A DNA stretch of 6,826 bases from Octopus sinensis. Taxonomy: Eukaryota. The notes beneath the pieces were generated by a model. It made no database searches. It saw only the letters and a program-made list of their open reading frames with translations, and had not been told where the DNA came from. Shown here piece after piece: positions 1 to 6,501 of this stretch; position 1 is the stretch's first letter; each line of letters begins with the position of its first letter. A program made the position numbers and the translations under genes. Where the stretch lies: contig NW_021829096.1 of the NCBI RefSeq assembly GCF_006345805.1, positions 1-6,826 on the forward strand, read 5' to 3'.

Positions 1-35
1 AAGTCCTGTGAGCAGCTTTCGAACATCGTATATAT

Positions 36-448
36 TCTTTTTTCTTTTTTATTATTTTTATTCGTTTCACTCATTTGACTGAGGCCATGCTGGAGCACTG
101 CCTTTTGTCGAAAAAAATCGATCCCAGAATTTTTCTTTGTAAGCCTAGTACTTATTTTATCGGTCTCTTAAACACATCAGCATCGGTTGTCAAGAGATGT
201 TGGGGGGACAAACACAGACACACAAACAACTACATATACGTATATATATATATATACGTATGTATATATATATATATATATATATACGACGGGCTTCTTT
301 CCGTTTTCGTTTGCCTAATCCATTCACAAACCTCTGGACGGCCCAAGGCTATAGTAGAAGACACTTGACCACGGTGCCGTGATGTAGGACTGAATCTGGC
401 ACTATGTGATTGGTAAGCAAGCTATTTACCAATGACCCACTCCTGCGA
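36..448 (-). mobile_element. Full-length, diverged tRNA-derived CORE-type SINE (octopus OR1/OR2-like family)
   Basis: Reverse complement is colinear with the copies at 1945, 5272 and 6502: head cgcaggagtgg...ggtaaatagcttgcttacca, CORE-like ggcaccgtggtcaagtgtcttctactatagcc, (TA)n linker at ~236-287, 3' module gataaaataagtactaggcttacaaag...gctccagcatggcc, A-rich tail at ~36-60. Family name is from recall, not a search. Confidence 0.85.
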
Positions 449-450
449 CA

Positions 451-452
451 AT

Positions 453-534
<82 letters not shown>

Positions 535-556
535 TACAAGAGAGAGAGAGAGAGAG
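451..556. repeat. (TA)n microsatellite followed by (GA)n
   Basis: (TA)n ~451-537 and (AG)n ~539-556, read directly. Confidence 0.97.
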
Positions 557-579
557 GGATGGATACACGCATAAATATA

Positions 580-796
580 GGGGTGGGTGCTGAAAAGTTC
601 CTGGCTTTGGGTAAAAGAAGATACAGGAGCTTCAGTTAATTATGATTTTATACATTATATTCCCTTCTCAAATTCACACACTTAATGCAGCGGTCCTTCA
701 GTTTTTACAAGCCCTGTGAAAGAACTTGTAAATTTGGGCTTCTAGTCTGGTCTTTTGTGACACCCTGAAAGTCAGGAACTTTTCAGCACCCTCTCG
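580..796 (-). mobile_element. Non-autonomous Tc1/mariner element (MITE), 217 bp
   Basis: 29-bp terminal inverted repeats at 580-608 and 768-796; the inner 24 bp match 23/24 (gggtgctgaaaagttcctggcttt vs rc of aaagtcaggaacttttcagcaccc). TA dinucleotides flank both ends (578-579, 797-798), the canonical mariner target duplication. The right end reads TACGAG on the - strand, typical of mariner termini. Confidence 0.9.
648..722 (-). pseudogene. Remnant of mariner transposase C-terminus inside the MITE
   Basis: Manual - strand translation LSQGL*KLKDRCIKCVNLRREYNV* resembles the DD34D mariner C-terminal pattern G(I/L)xKLxxRWxKCxxxxGxY. Its stop lies ~40 bp inside the TIR, as in mariners. Confidence 0.7.
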
Positions 797-798
797 TA

Positions 799-835
799 TG
801 TGCGTGCGAGCGTGTGTGCGTGCGAGCGTGTTTGC

Positions 836-902
<67 letters not shown>
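799..902. repeat. (GT)n microsatellite with a 16-bp tandem duplication at its start
   Basis: tgtgcgtgcgagcgtg twice (799-814, 815-830), then pure (GT)n ~840-902. Source of the poly-HT ORF 698..907. Confidence 0.97.
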
Positions 903-904
<2 letters not shown>

Positions 905-906
905 CA

Positions 907-1110
907 TGTGCTTGTATGAACACTGCTACAGCATCTGTAATGGTAGATTTACGTCCCTGTAACCTAGCGGCTCAGCAAAAGAGATTACAGAATATGTACC
1001 AGGCTTAAAAAAAGAACAAAAGTACTGGGTTTTATTCATTCGACTGAAAATTCTTCGATGCGTTGTTCCAGCGTGGCCGCAGATTAACGATGGATATAAG
1101 TGAAAGATAC
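907..1110 (+). mobile_element. Headless 3' half of the CORE-type SINE
   Basis: tttacgtccctgtaacctagcggctcagcaaaagag...ccagcgtggccgcag aligns to 5521-5643; no tRNA head or CORE upstream, begins at the (GT)n tract. Confidence 0.8.
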
Positions 1111-1387
1111 AAAATCTATTTGGAATACTTTTTTGAATGGGTTTGTACCATGTGAATTGACCTGACAACTGATTCATCATCCCCAAACATCCACGCCAAA
1201 TCAGCACCTGGGACTCTACAAACTAAGGAACTAGTTGTATAAAAAATTCTTACCTAGGAAATTGCCGAAGAAATGATGGGATGACAATTGGGGATGGAAC
1301 CCTTTTGATGACCAGTTGTCCTCATATGTTACCGACCTAGGGTGAGGTAGTAACAACAACATGGATACCAACAGCAACGAAAGACAT

Positions 1388-1591
1388 ATTACTATACATC
1401 ATTTTAGACTGCGGCCATGCTAGGACATCACCTCGGAGAATTGTTATTCGAATGGATCGATCCCAGTACGTCTGTCTTAAGTTTGGTATTTATTCAATCA
1501 GTTCCTTTTGCCAAACCGTCAACTTAAGGGGACATGAACATACAAACAGCGGTCGTCAAACGAGGGGGCGGAGGGCAACACTGACAAAAAA

Positions 1592-1592
<1 letters not shown>
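1388..1592 (-). mobile_element. Headless 3' half of the CORE-type SINE, diverged
   Basis: gactgcggccatgct...gatcccagtac...ttttgccaaaccg...aaggggacatgaacatac is the reverse complement of the 3' module; it merges into the (CA)n array. Confidence 0.75.
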
Positions 1593-1636
<44 letters not shown>

Positions 1637-1737
1637 CCACATGCTTACATGCACACGCATAAACAAATATATGTGTGTGTGTGTGTGTACACACATAAAT
1701 ATAAACATACACACATACGCACACACACACACACACG

Positions 1738-1769
<32 letters not shown>

Positions 1770-1944
1770 CACACTTATATGCTCGCACATGCATACACAT
1801 ACATGCACATGTGTATCTGCAAATATATATAGATGTATAAATATCATTAGGATTAAGTGATATATATATATATATACCAGTACATAGCGCTCATGCACAC
1901 ATATATACAAATATGTATACACATGTATACTTATATACACATAT
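1593..1944. repeat. Compound (CA)n/(TA)n/(TG)n microsatellite, ~350 bp
   Basis: Read directly; source of the HT/CV-rich ORFs spanning 1452-1985. Confidence 0.95.
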
Positions 1945-2284
1945 AGGCGCAGGAGTGACTGTGTGGTAAGTAGCTTGCTTACCAACTACATGGTTCTTGG
2001 TTCAGTCCCACTTCTACTATACCCTCGGGCTGACCAAAGCCTTGTGAGTGGATTTGGTAGAAACTGAAAGAAGCCCGTCGTGTATATGTATGTATGTATG
2101 TTGTATATGTTTGTGTTTCTGTGTTTGTCCCCCTCCTGTAACTTAACAGTTCGGCAAAAGAGACCGATAAAATAAGTACTAGGCTTACAAAGATTAAGTT
2201 CTTGGATTTGTTCGACTGAAGGCGGTGCTCCAGCATGGCCGCAGTGAAATAACTGAAACAAATAAAAAGAGTAAAAGAGTAAAA
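1945..2284 (+). mobile_element. CORE-type SINE with internal deletions
   Basis: Head aggcgcaggagtgactgtgtggtaagtagcttgcttacc, (GTAT)n linker, 3' module, and (gtaaaaga)n tail at 2261-2284. Lacks the 24-nt CORE segment and a ~40-nt block present in the 5272 and 6502 copies. Confidence 0.92.
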
Positions 2285-2537
2285 TATTCACATTTTTTGC
2301 AATCGGTTTTGAATAAGGATGATGATACTGTCACAGAAAAAAATATCTATTTGACTTTCCAATTTTTTGTCTCGAATTTTTTTGTCTTTTGCAGGGCTGA
2401 AGTTCCAATATTTTTATTTTCTTTCTTTTTTTTTTCTCCCGTTTCCATTCCATTTCTCTTTAAGCCCCGCAACTTTTTTTTTGTATTTTGTTCCTTTATT
2501 GTTTTGTCAACCAGGTTGTGGCAATAATAAAATTATA

Positions 2538-2592
2538 TTTATTATTATTATTATTATCATCATATCATATAATCATCATCATCATTCATTAT

Positions 2593-2623
<31 letters not shown>

Positions 2624-2779
2624 ACATCATCATCATCATCATAATCATCATCATATCATCATTATCATCATCATCATCATCATATCATCATCATCATCAT
2701 CATCATCATATAATCATTCATATTATTATTATTATTATATTTATTATATTATTATCATTAATATTCATCATCAACATCA

Positions 2780-2812
<33 letters not shown>

Positions 2813-2852
2813 AATCATCATCATCATCATATTATTATTATTATTTATTAGT

Positions 2853-2883
<31 letters not shown>

Positions 2884-2900
2884 TTATTATTATTATTATT
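2538..2900. repeat. Compound (ATT)n/(ATC)n trinucleotide array
   Basis: Alternating blocks of att and atc units; source of the poly-I/H/S/N ORFs. Confidence 0.97.
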
Positions 2901-2901
2901 C

Positions 2902-3120
2902 AGGTGACGAGCTGACAAAATCTTTGGCACACCAGACAAAATTCTGAATGGCATTTCGTCTTTCTTTGCATATTGAGCTCCAATTCTGCTGAGGACCATT
3001 TTACCTTTCATCATTTCGAGGTCGATGAAATAAGTACCCGTTGAGTACTGAGATCGATGCAATTGATTAAACAACTCCCGAAAAATTTTATATCTAGTGC
3101 CTGTGATAGAAAGGGTTATT
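2902..3120 (+). mobile_element. Diverged tRNA-derived SINE with Meta/MESC-like central domain
   Basis: aggtgacgagctgacaaaatc head; ttacctttcatcatttcgaggtcgatgaaataagtacc central domain; gatagaaagggttatt tail; colinear with the copies at 4932 and 6103. Confidence 0.8.
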
Positions 3121-3129
3121 ATAATTAAT

Positions 3130-3958
3130 ATTTTAATTTTTATTAGTTTAAAAAAAAAATCAAAATATTCAAGCAAGAATAATTCCCATTAGAGAGGAAA
3201 CTTCTTAGGTTGCCTATGGAAACCTTAAAAAACCATGTGAGCCTGACCTCTACGACAATCCTGACCTCTCCTCATCCTGCTCTTGCAATCTGTAAGCGCA
3301 TTGTTCGGTTGGGTCATTCTTGCCCTTTGAAAAAATTTGCTGGGAGGCAGCACTTCCCTTTCCACCCTCACATCCTCTGCAAAATGAACCTGAAAACGTT
3401 GATTGCTGGCTTGGTTAGAGCATGGTGTCTGTCTTCAAAGTTTTCAATTTGTTCCACTACAAAACCGCTTTCGCCAAGGTCACCAGGCCGGTAAACACTG
3501 CCTGTGTTTTCGGACCAAATAATGGTGGCCAGATGATCATCACAATGGACTCAGCCGATTACTGGATCCGTTTTGGTGTTTGACTTAAGCCTACAGGTCA
3601 GTTATGCTTGGGTACTGAACAAGTGCGTGCAAAATAGTTTCGACACTCTGCCTGCACCAGGAACTGGTCTGACTGGTGGCACTTCCATGCTCCTACAGTT
3701 TATCTCGAACCAGCAATTCCCCACTCAACGTAGCACTACCAAGTCAGAGATTTCTTAAATTTATCCTTTGGCCCCGGCCCCAGTGTCAACGAGAATGTCG
3801 GCTCTCATACCCTCAACTAAACCTCAACTAAACCTCCATAGAACGCCAAAGTTGGACTTTTACCGAACCCATTATCTGACTGAAGGAGATAAGGGCCTGC
3901 TAAAAGTTTGGCTCTACTAATTGCTAGGTGTCCTACCTTGGTCTATGCCCTAATCCAG
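3130..3958 (-). mobile_element. 5'-truncated, decayed L1/Tx1-clade LINE 3' end (ORF2 C-terminus with zf-RVT-like knuckle, 3' UTR, AATAAA)
   Basis: Manual - strand translation across frameshifts and stops: TLAFYGGLVE (3852-3823), GPGPKDKFKKSLTW*CY (3780-3730), GELLVRDKL*EHGSATSQTSSWCRQSVETILHALVQYPSITDL* (3722-3591), ESIVMIIWPPLFGPKTQAVFTGLVTLAKAVL*WNKLK (from 3552), VRVEREVLPPSKFFQR (3371-3324). The LxVRDKL...CxxxxETxxHxxxx(C)PxxxxL(W) pattern matches the cysteine-rich domain after RT in L1/Tx1 ORF2. - strand AATAAA at 3139-3144 followed by an A-rich run. Confidence 0.72.
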
Positions 3959-3961
3959 AAA

Positions 3962-4157
3962 AATAATTCTTTCTAACTAGGGCACAAAGCCAGAAATTTT
4001 GAGGAAGGGGTAAGTCGGCCCCATCTCTTAAATTATCGAACCCGAAAGGATGAAAGGCAATATTAATCTCGGTGGAATTTCAGTTCGGTAATTAATGATT
4101 CGGCAAAAATGCTAAGAATTTCATCCGACGCCCTAATGATTCCACCAACTTACCATA
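3962..4157 (-). mobile_element. Meta/MESC-like SINE, diverged, with internal deletion
   Basis: Reverse complement contains ttgcctttcatcctttcgggttcgataatttaag and the tail caaaatttctggctttgtgccctagttagaaagaattatt; the gtcgat/atcgac hairpin region is mostly deleted. Confidence 0.82.
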
Positions 4158-4174
4158 GAAATGGCATTTAATAA

Positions 4175-4358
4175 GAACTCGTGGCATTTCTTCTTGTTTT
4201 TTACGTTTTGAGATCAAGTCTCGCCGAGGTCAACTTTGACCTCATCATTTTGGGAGCAATCATATACACGACGAATAAAGTCTGGAATGAATATAATTAA
4301 CTACTCCCATCTTTTCAAATTTGCTGACATTTTACGTAAATCAGGAGCCATTATTATT
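4175..4358 (+). mobile_element. Old, 5'-eroded Meta/MESC-like SINE
   Basis: gtggcatttc...ttacgttttgagatcaagtctcgccgaggtcaactttg...tcatcattttggg aligns to 4981-5053; the decayed tail aaatttgctgac...gccattattatt is colinear with the 4359 copy. Confidence 0.65.
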
Positions 4359-4568
4359 AGGTAGCGAGCTGGTTGAAGTGGTAAAGTGTCGATAACACTT
4401 GCTTAGCAGTGTTGTTTCAGCCCTTGATGTCTTGAATTATTGTCCTGCCGATGTTACTTCCACACTTGCAGTGTCGATAAGATAAAGTACTAGTCAAGTA
4501 CAAAGGCCAATAGTATCGTTTAACTCTTCAAAATTGCTGACCTGGTACCTAAATAATTACCCATTATT
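4359..4568 (+). mobile_element. Old Meta/MESC-like SINE, head-to-tail with the previous copy
   Basis: ggtagcgagctggttgaag head, gtcgataagataaagtactag motif, caaaattgctgacctggtacc...ccattatt tail. Confidence 0.62.
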
Positions 4569-4915
4569 ACCTCCGCCTTCACTAAGGCGGGCGTATTGTT
4601 TGTTTGTTTGACTGTGGACAAGATATCTCAAGAATCACTGGATAGATTCGGATGAAACATTCAGAGATGTTCGGCCTAATGACTGGCACGAACTGATTAG
4701 ATTTTGGGATCGATCCGGTACCGGACAAGGATTCTGGATTATTTTTTTTTTTACTTAATGTTTGAGAACGGTCGGGTTCATTTTTAGTATTCATGTTTGT
4801 GAGCGCAATCGAGTTTATTTCAGCTGTTCTCATTTTAAAAATCCTCTCAGGCTAAACGTTGAGAGGACGTTGGTGTTGTCTTGGCGAAGGTTTGCACTGT
4901 CTGAATGCTCTTGTT
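4569..4915 (+). mobile_element. Non-autonomous Helentron/Helitron2-type element (HINE/DINE-1-like)
   Basis: Subterminal inverted repeats acctccgcc (4569-4577) and ggcgaaggt (4883-4891), 8/9 match; 5' hairpin ccgcctt-cact-aaggcgg (4573-4590); (GTTT)n at 4596-4610; degenerate 3' stem-loop gcactg-tct-gaatgc (4894-4908); TT at both boundaries; no TSD seen. Confidence 0.7.
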
Positions 4916-4931
4916 ATTATCTAAGCTGAGG

Positions 4932-5135
4932 AAGGCGGTGAGCTAGCAGAATCGTCAGCACGACAGAAAAACTGCTTATGCGGCATTTCGTCCAACTTCA
5001 CGTTCTGAGTTCAAATTGCGCCGGCGTCAACTTTGTCTTTTATCATTCCGGGGTCGATAAATTAAGTACCTGTTAAGCACTGGGGTCGATGTAATCGACT
5101 AGTCCCCTCCCACAAAATTGTAGAAAGGATTATTT
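4932..5135 (+). mobile_element. Meta/MESC-like SINE, relatively well preserved
   Basis: aaggcggtgagctagcagaatcg head with A-box-like motif, B-box-like gagttcaaatt (5007-5017), ggggtcgataaattaagtacc, hairpin gtcgat-gta-atcgac (5085-5099), tail gtagaaaggattatt with a short deletion relative to the 6103 copy. Confidence 0.88.
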
Positions 5136-5271
5136 AAGTTGAGGATTACTTGGTTTTCTTTCGCTAAAATGTTAATTAGGTTTGAATTAGGGATAAGTAA
5201 TTAAAGAAAAACACATTCATAGTAGAGTATTAGTCCTCCCATTCATAACATTTGTAGAAAATTGAGAACAT

Positions 5272-5669
5272 CGCAGGAGTGGCTGTGTGGTAAGTAGCTT
5301 GTTTACCAACTACATGGTTCCGGGTTCAGTACCACCGCGTGGCACCTTGGGCAAGTTTCTTCTACTGTAGCCTCGGGCCGACCAAAGCCTTGTGAGTGGA
5401 TTTGGTAGACGGAAACTGAAAGAAGCCTGTCGTATATATGTATACATATGCATGTGTGTGTTTGTGTGTCTGTGTTTGCCCCCCCCCCCTTAGCATTGCT
5501 TGACAACCGATGCTGGTGTGTTTACGTCCCCGTAACTTAGCGGTTCGGCAAAAGAGACCGATAGAATAAGTACTAGGCTTACAAAGAATAAGTCCTGGGG
5601 TCGAGTTTGCTCGATTAAAGGTGGTGCTCCAGCATGGCCGCAGTCAAATTACTGAAACAAGTAAAAGAG
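5272..5669 (+). mobile_element. Full-length CORE-type SINE, best-preserved copy
   Basis: A-box-like tggctgtgtgg (5280-5290), B-box-like ggttcagtacc (5323-5333), CORE-like gtggcaccttgggcaagt (resembles the MIR core gtgaccttgggcaagt), short TA/TG linker, complete 3' module, gtaaaaga tail. Confidence 0.93.
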
Positions 5670-5674
5670 ATAAT

Positions 5675-5853
5675 GCATCGAGCAAAATGCAGTGCAGTAT
5701 TTCGTAGAGTTGAAATAACACCGAGGTCGACTTTGCCTTTCATCCTTTCGGGATCGATAAAATAAGTAACAGCTGAACAATGGGATCGATGTAATTACCT
5801 TACCCAATTCCCGTGAAATTATTAGCTTTGTTCTAAAATTTGAAATCATTATT
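5675..5853 (+). mobile_element. Meta/MESC-like SINE lacking its 5' end
   Basis: gagcaaaatgc...ccgaggtcgactttgcctttcatcctttcgggatcgataaaataagtaacag...tgggatcgatgtaat, tail gttctaaaatttgaaatcattatt. Confidence 0.85.
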
Positions 5854-5981
5854 TGAGATTCGATATCAAAGTACCAGTAAAGCACTGAGGTCGATTTAAT
5901 CGACATTTCTTCCCCCCGCCCCTCTGCTTCCACCCCCTCCCAAAAAATTACTGCTAGTCTGTATAGGAACAAAATATTATT
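5854..5981 (+). mobile_element. Second tandem 3' module of the Meta/MESC-like SINE
   Basis: cgatatcaaagtaccagtaaagcactgaggtcgatttaatcgac, then a C-rich tract and aaaaattactgc...aaaatattatt. Confidence 0.7.
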
Positions 5982-6102
5982 AAATATGGCGGTTCTTGCT
6001 ATTCTTCTTGGTGAGGATCCTTTAGCTCCCGATCAGCCATAACTGGACAGACATATCAAAACCATTCCAGCTGTGACCATCCTTACAACATTCTTTGTGA
6101 TG

Positions 6103-6317
6103 AAAGGCGGCGAGCTGGCAGAAATGTACGCACGGCGGGTGAAATGCTTAGAGGTATTTCGTGTGTCTTTACATTCTGAATTCAAATTCCTCCGAGGTCG
6201 ACTTTGCCCTTCATCCGGGGTCGATAAATTAAGTTCCTGTTGCGTACTGGTGTCGATCAAATCGACTGGACCTCTTACCCCCAAATTTCGGGCCTTATAC
6301 CTAGAGTAGAAAAGAAT
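6103..6317 (+). mobile_element. Full-length Meta/MESC-like SINE with a perfect 13-bp target site duplication
   Basis: TSD attctttgtgatg at 6090-6102 and 6318-6330; head aaggcggcgagctggcag; B-box-like gaattcaaattcc (6178-6190); gaggtcgactttgcccttcatcc; hairpin at 6252-6266. Confidence 0.93.
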
Positions 6318-6501
6318 ATTCTTTGTGATGGCGAACTTACGACCACCTTGGTCAACAGGCCTTTGTTTAAGCCTGTAGGCAGTGGTACACGAAGGATTTG
6401 GCAGATGGCTTGTGTACATTTGGAGACAATTACATTAACACTCAAGCACTAAATTCAAACTAATCGATTCTCACCTATCCCAATATTTGGAATCTATCTA
6501 T

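Noticed and set aside
75-382. ORFs 75..368 and 197..382
   Set aside because: Antisense read-through of a SINE and its (TA)n linker. Near-identical peptides recur at 1979..2236, 5303..5506 and 6494..6733 simply because the SINE repeats.
1127-1212. - strand peptide DLAWMFGDDESVV resembling an RT YADD motif
   Set aside because: Short stop-bounded frame with no other RT motifs nearby; likely chance.
698-1985. HT-, CV- and YI-repeat ORFs (698..907, 1452..1832, 1524..1985, 1556..1774, 1649..1840)
   Set aside because: Translations of (CA)/(TG)/(TA) dinucleotide repeats, which lack stop codons in most frames.
2367-2915. 182-aa and 108-aa poly-His/Ile/Ser ORFs that might suggest a metal-binding protein
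   Set aside because: Direct products of the (ATC)/(ATT) array; no non-repetitive domain.
3209-3291. + strand 83-nt segment with ttcttAG| and |GTAAGC splice-like ends
   Set aside because: Lies antisense within the LINE remnant's 3' end, and the peptide is unrecognisable.
3210-3758. + strand ORFs 3210..3494 and 3573..3758
   Set aside because: Antisense to the decayed LINE ORF2; the recognisable motifs are on the opposite strand.
5170-5195. ttaggtttgaattaggg as a telomere-like repeat
   Set aside because: Only two imperfect units in AT-rich DNA.
5272-5345. tRNA-like heads with A/B boxes as possible tRNA genes
   Set aside because: They continue into SINE bodies, and I cannot build a full cloverleaf with acceptor stem.
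4900-6300. Recurrent gtcgat-nnn-atcgac palindromic motifs as a CRISPR-like array
   Set aside because: Irregular spacing, embedded in 200-400-bp SINE bodies, eukaryotic context, no cas genes.
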